Source: Acutalibacteraceae bacterium (GTDB lineage Bacteria; Bacillota; Clostridia; Oscillospirales; Acutalibacteraceae). Taken from it: 44,564 bases of DNA. The stretch is from contig JAZRBQ010000150.1 of assembly GCA_045635145.1 (NCBI GenBank), positions 1-44,564 on the forward strand. Reading direction: 5' to 3'. Positions 28,300 through 36,499 of the stretch are shown here, in pieces; position 1 is the stretch's first letter, and each line of letters opens with the position of its first letter. Under the pieces are notes generated by a model. That model made no database searches and was not told the origin of the DNA. It saw only the letters and a list, made by a program, of their open reading frames with translations. Made by a program: the position numbers and the translations under genes.

Positions 28300-29496
28300 A
28301 TGAAAATAAATGTTGCTTTCGTTTACGGTTGTCGCTCGGTTGAGCACGAAGTTTCTATTATTTCGGCAGTTCAGGCAATGCGTGCCGTTAATAAAGAAAA
28401 ATACAACGTTATCCCCGTTTATGTTGATAAAAACGGCGAAATGTACACAGGCATCGACCTTTTAGAGATTGAAAACTACCGCAATTTACCCGAACTCACT
28501 AAAAAATGCACAAAAATTTACTTTGCGCGTGAAGGCGACAGCGTCTTAATGAAACCCCAACAGCAAAAACTTTTCGGCAAGGTTAAAAACGTTGCCATTG
28601 ACGTGGCTTTCCCCGTTGTTCACGGTACCAACTGTGAAGACGGCACCGTGCAAGGTTTGTTTGAATTTTTAAATCTCCCCTACGTTGGCTGTGATATTAT
28701 TTCTTCAGCAGTAGGTATGGATAAGGCTATATTCAAAGACGTACTTAAAAATGCCGGTCTTCCCGTGCTTGATTGCATCTCTTTCCGCGCAAAAGAATAT
28801 ATGACCGCTAAAGATACTTATGCTAAAAGAATAAAAAAAGAAATCGGTTTCCCGCTTATTGTAAAGCCGGTTAACTTAGGCTCAAGCGTTGGTATCAGCA
28901 AGGTTTCAACCCAAGAAGAATTAGACAGTGCAATTATGTTGGCTCTCTCCTTTGCGGACCACGTTCTAGTTGAAAAGGCTATTACCAATTTACGCGAAAT
29001 TAACTGCTCGGTTTTAGGCGATGCGATTTCTTGCGAAGCCAGTGTTTGCGAAGAACCAATTGCTAATGACGAAATTTTGTCTTACGAAGACAAATATATG
29101 GGTAACTCCAAAAAATCAGGTGGCAGCAAGGGTATGGCTTCTTTAGGCAGAAAAATCCCCGCCGAAATAAGCGAAGAAAAATCTCAGGAAATCCGCGAGC
29201 TTGCATGCAAAGTTTTCAAGGCGCTCGGTTGTAACGGTGTTGTACGTATCGACTTTATGATTGACACCAAAACAGACACCGTTTACGCTAACGAAATTAA
29301 CACCATCCCAGGCTCTCTCGCATTCTATTTGTGGGAAGCTACCGGTGTTAAATACACCGAGCTTATTGATAAGCTTATTGACCTTGCTTTCAAGAGAAAT
29401 CGTCTTCGTGACAATATCACCTACACTATCGACACCAACATTTTAGCAGGTGTTTCGTTTGGTGGTGCTAAAGGCTCTAAAGGAGCAAAAATGTAA
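28300..29496 (+). CDS. ddl: D-alanine--D-alanine ligase (ATP-grasp)
   Basis: YGCRSVEHEVSIIS, HGTNCEDGTVQG, IVKPVNLGSSVGISKV and EINTIPGSL motifs of Ddl. 398 aa, with an enlarged Gly/Ser/Lys-rich loop (YEDKYMGNSKKSGGSKGMASLGRKIPAE) and a GGAKGSKGAKM tail. Confidence 0.88.
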   Translation: MKINVAFVYGCRSVEHEVSIISAVQAMRAVNKEKYNVIPVYVDKNGEMYTGIDLLEIENYRNLPELTKKCTKIYFAREGDSVLMKPQQQKLFGKVKNVAIDVAFPVVHGTNCEDGTVQGLFEFLNLPYVGCDIISSAVGMDKAIFKDVLKNAGLPVLDCISFRAKEYMTAKDTYAKRIKKEIGFPLIVKPVNLGSSVGISKVSTQEELDSAIMLALSFADHVLVEKAITNLREINCSVLGDAISCEASVCEEPIANDEILSYEDKYMGNSKKSGGSKGMASLGRKIPAEISEEKSQEIRELACKVFKALGCNGVVRIDFMIDTKTDTVYANEINTIPGSLAFYLWEATGVKYTELIDKLIDLAFKRNRLRDNITYTIDTNILAGVSFGGAKGSKGAKM

Positions 29497-30680
29497 TGAC
29501 TAAGCTTCTGATACAGCTTTTTATAAAAAACCACGAAGACACCAAAAACAACGTCGTCCGCGCCAAATACGGTAATTTGGGTAGCTTTGTAGGTATTGTT
29601 TGTAATTTATTGCTTTGTGTTTTAAAAATCACTATAGGTAGCATTACAGGCAGTATTTCGATTACGGCCGACGGTCTTAACAACCTATCGGATATGGGGT
29701 CTTCGGTTATAACTATGGTCGGCTTTAAACTTTCAAATAAGCCTGCCGACAGCGACCACCCGTTTGGCCACGGCAGAATGGAATATATGTCGGCATTTAT
29801 CGTGGCGGTACTTATTTTATTAGTTGGGTTTGAGCTTTTTAAATCTTCAATAACCGCACTTGTAACAAACGCGCCCGCGCCTACATACTCACTTTGGGCA
29901 ATAATTATTCTTATTGTTTCTATTCTAGTTAAACTTTGGCTTTTTATCTTTAACCGCAAATTAGGTAAAAAGATTGATTCCGAATCTTTACTCGCCACCG
30001 CGCAAGATTCACTTAACGATACCATCGCCACCACCGTTATTTTAATTTCGGCAGGTGTTTCGTACTACTTTACCCTACCCTTTAATTTGGACGCGGTTAT
30101 GGGCATTGCCGTTGCGGTATTTATTCTTCTTTCGGGCATAAACACCGCCAAGGACACACTTAACAGTATTTTAGGCACACCGCCCGACAAGCAAGATATT
30201 GAAGATATTAAAAACATTATTTTAGAATATCCCGAATTTGTCGGTATTCACGACCTTATAGTGCACAACTACGGTCCGGGCAGGCAGTTTGCTTCGGTGC
30301 ACGTTGAAGTGCCGCAGGATATTGACATTGTAAAATGTCACGAGCAAATCGACCTTTGCGAAAAACAGATTACCGAGAAATTGGGCATTGAGCTTGTTAT
30401 TCACATGGACCCGATTGACGTTAATAACGAGGCGGTAAACTTTGCAAAAGCAAAACTTAGCGAAGCATTAAAAGAAATTCACGAAAGTCTTACCCTTCAC
30501 GATTTTCGTATGACACCCGAATGTGACACCCGCACAAACTTAATTTTTGACGTGGTTTTACCCGTTGGGTTTAAAATGAAAAAAAGTGAATTGCACGACA
30601 AGATAAATGAAATCGCAAAGGAAATTAACCCAACCTATTGTTGTGTTATAACCTTCGATAACAATTTTACAGGTGAATAA
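29496..30680 (+). CDS. cation diffusion facilitator (CDF) family transporter
   Basis: The ATG overlaps the ddl stop (TAATG). Six hydrophobic segments, DSDHPFGHGRMEY motif, C-terminal cytoplasmic domain. Confidence 0.85.
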   Translation: MTKLLIQLFIKNHEDTKNNVVRAKYGNLGSFVGIVCNLLLCVLKITIGSITGSISITADGLNNLSDMGSSVITMVGFKLSNKPADSDHPFGHGRMEYMSAFIVAVLILLVGFELFKSSITALVTNAPAPTYSLWAIIILIVSILVKLWLFIFNRKLGKKIDSESLLATAQDSLNDTIATTVILISAGVSYYFTLPFNLDAVMGIAVAVFILLSGINTAKDTLNSILGTPPDKQDIEDIKNIILEYPEFVGIHDLIVHNYGPGRQFASVHVEVPQDIDIVKCHEQIDLCEKQITEKLGIELVIHMDPIDVNNEAVNFAKAKLSEALKEIHESLTLHDFRMTPECDTRTNLIFDVVLPVGFKMKKSELHDKINEIAKEINPTYCCVITFDNNFTGE

Positions 30681-30686
30681 ATATAC

Positions 30687-30713
30687 AAAAAGGGAGTCAA
30701 AAGACTCCCTTTT
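30687..30713. terminator. bidirectional rho-independent terminator between convergent genes
   Basis: AAAAGGGAGTC-AAAA-GACTCCCTTTT: an 8-bp GC-containing stem flanked by an A-run and a T-run. Lies between the CDF stop (30680) and the Nudix stop (30751). Confidence 0.75.
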
Positions 30714-30750
30714 AATTTGCCCGATTTTTTCAAAAGGGCAACCCCTCCCC

Positions 30751-31206
30751 TTATACACCAAAAATCACATAATTGTTTTTATCAGTCGAAGCAGGAACAT
30801 ATCCACTCTTCAATAATTTAGAACACTTACCTAAATATGCCTTTAAAATCTCCCTGCTCATATTTGTAATATCATCACGCTCGACGGCTTCTTCAGCTGT
30901 AATCATCAATACCTCGCTGTTTTCAAATCCATCCGATTTCGGAACTCCCGATATATAATCCATTACAAAAACGGCACACCACTGTTCCGACTTGAACTGC
31001 ATAGCAATTATGGATTTTGCTTTTGCGGTAACACCTGTTTCTTCAAGAATTTCACGTTCAACCGCTGTGGTAGGCAATTCATTTTCCTGCACATACCCGC
31101 CTGGTAGCAAAATCCTGTCCTTTGCATTTCCGTAAGTATGACGAACAAGCAAAATCTTGCCATCTATTTCCACAATTCCGCAAACAGTATAATATTTATT
31201 ATTCAT
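30751..31206 (-). CDS. NUDIX hydrolase
   Basis: Nudix box GGYVQENELPTTAVEREILEETGV (Gx5Ex7REUxEExGU). 151 aa. Starts 3 nt after the stop of the upstream gene. Confidence 0.85.
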   Translation of the reverse strand: MNNKYYTVCGIVEIDGKILLVRHTYGNAKDRILLPGGYVQENELPTTAVEREILEETGVTAKAKSIIAMQFKSEQWCAVFVMDYISGVPKSDGFENSEVLMITAEEAVERDDITNMSREILKAYLGKCSKLLKSGYVPASTDKNNYVIFGV

Positions 31207-31209
31207 AAC

Positions 31210-32349
31210 TCAGTTCCTTTTTAGCTTTATAATAACACCCTCGTGAAGAACGGTGAAATCATGATTCTCATCATTTAATATATCCATAAGTTCATCACGG
31301 AATTCGGAGATTTTATCTTCTGTCAAAGTTGCACCAACACCTCTACTTGCCACCATTCTATCACACCAGCCTTCTCTTGAAAACGGTATATAAAAATCCT
31401 TTTTCATAATTGTTTCAACAAAAAAATCCTTGCTTAACCAATGAAAATCAATTCTATCAGAACGCTTCTTAAAACCGCACCAGTTAGGATTATAACGCTT
31501 GACAAGCTCAAAACTCCTGCGAATAATTTCATCCTCGTCAGGTAACCAAGTGAGAAACATAATATAAAGGTTGCCGTCTTTTTTCAATACTCTGTGCAGT
31601 TCTGGCAGCAGCCTTTCCTTATCAAAATAAACCCAGCATTGTAGTGCTGTAACAACATCAAAACTGTTATCATCAAAAGGCAGATTATGTGCATCGGTGC
31701 AGATAAAATTTGCTTTCGGCAGAAGTGCTTTTGCCTGTTCGATCATTTCAGAGGATATATCCACACCCGTATACTCTCCACTGTAATGCCCCATATTCAT
31801 GGGAAGAATACCTGTCCCTGTACCTATGTCAAGTATTTTTTGTTTGGGCTGTCCCACGCCGAGAGAGTGGAGCATTTCCCAAAATTCTTGCGGATAAATA
31901 TTTCTGCTCTTTGCATACAATTCTGCAGTTCTGCCCCAGTCGAAATAATTTCCGCCGTCAATAGTCATATTTCTCAGCCTTTCATAATAAATCTGCTCGG
32001 AAAGATAGAATGGAGTAGCGTAAAACTGACAGCCTAACCGGTATTCACTTGCTGATATGCCAAAATACTTTTTAAAGCTTCGCTCAAAAACCTCCAGCGT
32101 ATCAAATCCGCAAGCAAAAGCAATTTCAGTAATGTTTTTATCAGTTTCGGAAAGCATTGTCGTGCTGTTTTGAATACGAACAATATTTACGTAACGCATA
32201 GGAGTAATGCCTGTGAATTCAGTAAAGAGCCGCGAAAACTGTGGTATTGAATACCCCGAAACCTTCGCAAGTTCATCAAGTAACATTTTATTACTGAAAT
32301 TATCATCTATAAATTTCAGCGTTTCGCATATAAATTTTCGCCTATTCAT
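31210..32349 (-). CDS. AraC-family HTH domain fused to a class I SAM-dependent methyltransferase domain
   Basis: aa 1-~105 form an AraC/XylS double HTH (LAKVSGYSIPQFSRLFTEFTGITPMRYV ... IAFACGFDTLEVFERSFKKYFGISASEYR). aa ~150-280 form a methyltransferase fold with motif I ILDIGTGTGIL, then DISSEMIEQA and FDVVTALQCWVYF. Confidence 0.8.
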   Translation of the reverse strand: MNRRKFICETLKFIDDNFSNKMLLDELAKVSGYSIPQFSRLFTEFTGITPMRYVNIVRIQNSTTMLSETDKNITEIAFACGFDTLEVFERSFKKYFGISASEYRLGCQFYATPFYLSEQIYYERLRNMTIDGGNYFDWGRTAELYAKSRNIYPQEFWEMLHSLGVGQPKQKILDIGTGTGILPMNMGHYSGEYTGVDISSEMIEQAKALLPKANFICTDAHNLPFDDNSFDVVTALQCWVYFDKERLLPELHRVLKKDGNLYIMFLTWLPDEDEIIRRSFELVKRYNPNWCGFKKRSDRIDFHWLSKDFFVETIMKKDFYIPFSREGWCDRMVASRGVGATLTEDKISEFRDELMDILNDENHDFTVLHEGVIIKLKRN

Positions 32350-32404
32350 TCCATCACCGTCCTTATGATAGCATTTTTCATGAAAGGCTGCACGACGATT
32401 TTTA

Positions 32405-34420
32405 TTATTTTAATTTTCTATAAAGTTCAATTACCTCTTGCCTTAAATTTGCATTTTCGGGCAGTTTAATTTGCGGGTCGCCAGAGAGCAGCTTTTGGGC
32501 TTCGTCCTTTGCCTTTAAAAGCACTTGTTTATCGGCAAAAAGGTCGGCTATGCGCATTTCGGGGATGCCGTGCTGACGGTTACCGAGAAAATCCCCCGGA
32601 CCGCGAAGCGCCAAATCATAATCGGCAATTTTAAAGCCGTCGGTTGTGTTTTTTATAACGTCTAAGCGGTTTTTAGTATCGGGCGAAGTAGCATCCGAAA
32701 TCAAAATACAATCCGATTTATACTGACCTCTGCCTATTCTACCGCGTAACTGATGAAGCTGTGAAAGACCGAATCTATCAGCATTTTCAATAAGCATTAT
32801 AACGGCATTTGGAACGTCAATTCCAACTTCGATAACAGTTGTAGCAACCAACAACTGAATTTCGCCCTTGGCAAAGTTAGTCATTACCGATTCCTTATCC
32901 TTTGCCGACATTTTGCCGTGCAAAAGACCGAGCTTATACTCCCGAAACTCGCCGTTTTTAAGCTTTTCGTAATACTCATTAGCCGATGTTAATTCCAGTT
33001 CTTCGTTTTCGTCAACCAAGGGGCAAACTATGTAGGCTTGCCTACCTTCATCTAAAAACTTCTTTATATAATTATAAATTCTTGTGCGGTAGGTTGAATC
33101 CACGCTGTAAGTATCAATTTTTTGGCGTCCTTTTGGGTACTCGTCGATAATGCTTATATCGAGGTCGCCATAGAGTATATATGCCAAGGTTTGCGGAATG
33201 GGTGTTGCCGACATAACTAATTTGTGCGGATTTTCGCCCTTACCCGATAATTTATCACGCTGAGCCGCGCCAAAACGATGCTGTTCATCGGTAATAACAA
33301 GTCCTAAATTAGAAAACTCAACGTCGTTTACTATCAAAGCGTGAGTGCCGATTATAACATCAATTTCGCCTTTTTTAAGGCAATCTTTAATTTCGGTTTT
33401 CGCCTTTTTGCTCATCGAACCCGTAAGCAAGCCGCACCTTATACCTGTTTTTTCGGTAATGGCAAGGAAGGTTTTATAGTGCTGCTCCGCCAAAATTTCG
33501 GTCGGTGCCATAAGCGCCGATTGATAGCCGCCCTTAGCCGCCACAAAACACAAAGCCGCTGCCACCACGGTTTTACCGCTACCAACGTCACCTTGCACAA
33601 GGCGTGACATTGGATGCCCTTCCTGCATATCTGAAAGGCATTCGTTTATTACTTTTCTTTGGGCATTTGTCATCGAATAGGGCAAACATTTTTCAAAATC
33701 GGTAATATCATTATCTTTTATGACACAACCGCTTTGCTTGTGGTTTTTAAGCTTGATAACCGTGAGCGCCACCTGTAAGCAAAACAATTCTTCAAAAACC
33801 AATCGTTTTTTAGCGCGCTCAAACGATTCGTGACTTTTTGGGAAATGGATATTCTCTAGCGCATACTTAATATCGCAAAGATTATTGGATTTTCTAATAC
33901 TTTCAGGCAAAACGTCAGGCATTTCACAGGCTTCTAGTGCTGCTTTAACCAATTTTTCAAGCGTTTTGGAGCTCATATCACGACTTGCAGGATAAATCGG
34001 CTCAATACCGTTATAATACCCCTCTTTAATAATGGGGGAATTCATTTGCTTTAACACAAAACTGCCCTCTAGCTTGCCGTAAAAAAGATATTCGCCGCCT
34101 ACGTTCAAGTGATTTGCCAAGTAAACCTGATTAAAAAGGCTTACCGCAAAGCGACCGCTCTTATCCTCTGCCAAAAATTTATAGATAGTCATTCCCCTTC
34201 GGGTTTCAAAAGTTTCAATAGGGGTTACAATTTTCGCCTTAATACATACGTTTTGATAAAAAGGCGCCTTCGCAACAGGGGTGATATCGGTCCAATCCAA
34301 ATACTTTCGTGGAAATAAGCGCAAAAGGGCACCGACTGTATCGATGCCCTTTGATTTTAAAATTTCAGCCCTTTTTAAACCGACACCCTTTAAAAATTGA
34401 ATATCAGTATTAGCTGTCAC
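32405..34420 (-). CDS. recG: ATP-dependent DNA helicase RecG
   Basis: Helicase motifs GDVGSGKT, DEQHRFG and QLRGRIGRG, with an N-terminal wedge/OB region. I place the start at GTG 34420, 9 nt after AGGAG. The ORF-track TTG 34429 abuts the SD. Confidence 0.92.
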   Translation of the reverse strand: MTANTDIQFLKGVGLKRAEILKSKGIDTVGALLRLFPRKYLDWTDITPVAKAPFYQNVCIKAKIVTPIETFETRRGMTIYKFLAEDKSGRFAVSLFNQVYLANHLNVGGEYLFYGKLEGSFVLKQMNSPIIKEGYYNGIEPIYPASRDMSSKTLEKLVKAALEACEMPDVLPESIRKSNNLCDIKYALENIHFPKSHESFERAKKRLVFEELFCLQVALTVIKLKNHKQSGCVIKDNDITDFEKCLPYSMTNAQRKVINECLSDMQEGHPMSRLVQGDVGSGKTVVAAALCFVAAKGGYQSALMAPTEILAEQHYKTFLAITEKTGIRCGLLTGSMSKKAKTEIKDCLKKGEIDVIIGTHALIVNDVEFSNLGLVITDEQHRFGAAQRDKLSGKGENPHKLVMSATPIPQTLAYILYGDLDISIIDEYPKGRQKIDTYSVDSTYRTRIYNYIKKFLDEGRQAYIVCPLVDENEELELTSANEYYEKLKNGEFREYKLGLLHGKMSAKDKESVMTNFAKGEIQLLVATTVIEVGIDVPNAVIMLIENADRFGLSQLHQLRGRIGRGQYKSDCILISDATSPDTKNRLDVIKNTTDGFKIADYDLALRGPGDFLGNRQHGIPEMRIADLFADKQVLLKAKDEAQKLLSGDPQIKLPENANLRQEVIELYRKLK

Positions 34421-34432
34421 AAAAAACAACTC

Positions 34433-36109
34433 CTATTCTACCGAAAGGATATAATAATAAATTGGTTGACCACCGTTTATCATGGTGATTTCTACCTTGT
34501 TGCCGAACTTAGCTTGAATTTTTTCTTCAATCGCAGCTGCTTGACTAGCGGTTACATCCGCACCGTAAATAACGGTAACAAATTCGCTATCGGCTTTAAT
34601 CATTTTCTTTAAAAGCTTTATAACGCTCTTTTCAAGGTCGGTTTCGGTAAAGGTAACCTTACCGCCTAAAAGCGCCATTAATTCGCCCTGCTTAATCTTA
34701 AAGCCGTCAAAATCGGCATCCCTTGCAGCAAATGTGATTTGGCCTGTTGCAACACGTTCGGTAGCCTTTTGCATTTCGATAGTGTTTGCCTTATCATCGC
34801 TATCAGGGTCGAACGAAAGCATTGCCGAAACACCCTGCGGAATAGTTCTTGTGTGGATTACAATAACCTTACGGGTGCTAATCGGAATAGCCTGTTCAGC
34901 CGCCATAATAATATTTTTATTATTCGGTAACACGTAAACTGTGTGAGCAGGTGTGGCTTCAATAGCCTTTAAAATATCGTCGGTGCTGGGGTTCATTGTC
35001 TGACCACCCGAAACGATAGTATCAACACCTAAATCACGGAACAACGCTGCCACGCCATCGCCCGCACAAACCGATACAAAACCAACGTCCTTTGTAGGCT
35101 CTACAGGGGTAAAGGTTTCGGTACGGTCAGCACTTTTAGCGGGTTTCTTTTTGGTGTTTTGCGCGTCGTGCTTAGCCTTTTCGTGTTGGTCACGCATATT
35201 TTCAATCTTCATATTAACAAGCGAACCAAAGGTAAGACCGCTTTCAATAGCATTACCCGGATGATCGGTATGAACGTGAACCTTGATGATTTCTTCATCA
35301 TCAACCACAACAACACAGTCGCCGATGGTTTCTAAGAACATTCTAAGTTCATTAGGTTCTTTAGTAACTTCAGGATTGCGGTTAACAATAAATTCGGTAC
35401 AGTATGTGAAGGTAATTTCGGTTTCAAATTCACCCGCTGCGTTAAAGGATTCTCCTTCATCGCTTTCTTCGATAACAGGCGTTGCATTAGATTTAATCAT
35501 AACGCCATCCTTAAATACCGAAAGCATACCTTCAAGTATAATTACAAAGCCACGACCACCTGCGTCAACAACGCCTGCTTTTTTAAGCACGGGCAACATT
35601 TCAGGTGTTTCGTCAAGAGCTATTTTAGCGCCTTCTAAAGCATATTCAAAAATTGCAAGTTCATCCTTACCGTCTTTATATGCTTTGTCAGCATATTCGC
35701 TGGCAACACGTGCAACGGTTAAAATAGTACCTTCGGTAGGCTTCATAACAGCCTTGTAAGCTGCTTCAACACCGTATGCAAAGGCATCTTTAATATTTTT
35801 AGGTGTTACAAATTCATCATTACCGATACCCTTAGCAAAGCCGCGGAAAAGCAACGAAGTAATAACGCCCGAGTTACCGCGAGCACCACGAAGTAATGCA
35901 GATGAGTTAACCGAAGCCACCTTGCCTGCAGTCGCGCCTGAAAGCTTTTCAAGCTCGCGAGCCGCGTTAGAAAGGGTCATAGACATATTTGTACCTGTGT
36001 CGCCATCGGGTACGGGGAATATGTTTAAATCATCTACCGCTTTGCGATGGTTGCCGATGTTATTTGCAGCCGAAATCCACGCATCACGTAAAATATCACC
36101 ATTTATCAA
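34433..36109 (-). CDS. yloV: DAK2 domain-containing protein (YloV family)
   Basis: DhaL/DAK2 motif PVPDGDTGTNM plus a C-terminal DegV-like half. TTG start 9 nt after AAGGAG. Conserved asp23-yloV-recG order as in Bacillus yloU-yloV...recG. Confidence 0.85.
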   Translation of the reverse strand: MINGDILRDAWISAANNIGNHRKAVDDLNIFPVPDGDTGTNMSMTLSNAARELEKLSGATAGKVASVNSSALLRGARGNSGVITSLLFRGFAKGIGNDEFVTPKNIKDAFAYGVEAAYKAVMKPTEGTILTVARVASEYADKAYKDGKDELAIFEYALEGAKIALDETPEMLPVLKKAGVVDAGGRGFVIILEGMLSVFKDGVMIKSNATPVIEESDEGESFNAAGEFETEITFTYCTEFIVNRNPEVTKEPNELRMFLETIGDCVVVVDDEEIIKVHVHTDHPGNAIESGLTFGSLVNMKIENMRDQHEKAKHDAQNTKKKPAKSADRTETFTPVEPTKDVGFVSVCAGDGVAALFRDLGVDTIVSGGQTMNPSTDDILKAIEATPAHTVYVLPNNKNIIMAAEQAIPISTRKVIVIHTRTIPQGVSAMLSFDPDSDDKANTIEMQKATERVATGQITFAARDADFDGFKIKQGELMALLGGKVTFTETDLEKSVIKLLKKMIKADSEFVTVIYGADVTASQAAAIEEKIQAKFGNKVEITMINGGQPIYYYILSVE

Positions 36110-36138
36110 AATAGTACACTCCTTAATAACAGTAAAAA

Positions 36139-36489
36139 CTATTCTTTAATACCGTCAACCTTAACGGTTACCTTTTTAACTTCAACGCCGATTGCTTCAA
36201 AAACAACATACTTAACCTTTTCGGTTATGCTTTTTGCAATAGCGCTAAGGTTCATACCGTAAATTACAACAATATGAATTTCAATTTCAAGATTTTGGGC
36301 ATCGCCCAACACCTTAATACCGGTGTCAACCTGCTCCGATTTAGAGAATTTATTATAAATCTTTTGCTTGCCGCTGCGTGGAACCATACCCACAACACCA
36401 AAACAGGAGGTAACCTCATGGCCGATAAGCTTTGACAAATATGCCTCACTTATAGTAACTTTGCCTAAAATAGTTTCATAAGCTATCAT
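36139..36489 (-). CDS. Asp23/Gls24 family envelope-stress protein (YloU-like)
   Basis: Asp23 family sequence (ISEAYLSKLIGHEVTSCFGVVGM ... KVKYVVFEAIGVEVKKVTVKVDGI). Start ATG 36489 lies after TAGGAG, which removes the overlap with the upstream gene. Confidence 0.85.
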   Translation of the reverse strand: MIAYETILGKVTISEAYLSKLIGHEVTSCFGVVGMVPRSGKQKIYNKFSKSEQVDTGIKVLGDAQNLEIEIHIVVIYGMNLSAIAKSITEKVKYVVFEAIGVEVKKVTVKVDGIKE

Positions 36490-36499
36490 AAAAACACTC

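Noticed and set aside
29477-30034. 185-aa ORF on the - strand
   Set aside because: Antisense to the 5' half of the CDF transporter gene, whose motifs (HPFGHGRMEY) and operon coupling are convincing. No SD or promoter.
35283-35759. 158-aa Ser/Thr-rich ORF on the + strand
   Set aside because: Antisense to the well-supported yloV (DAK2) gene. Low-complexity composition is the mirror of the sense-strand codon bias.
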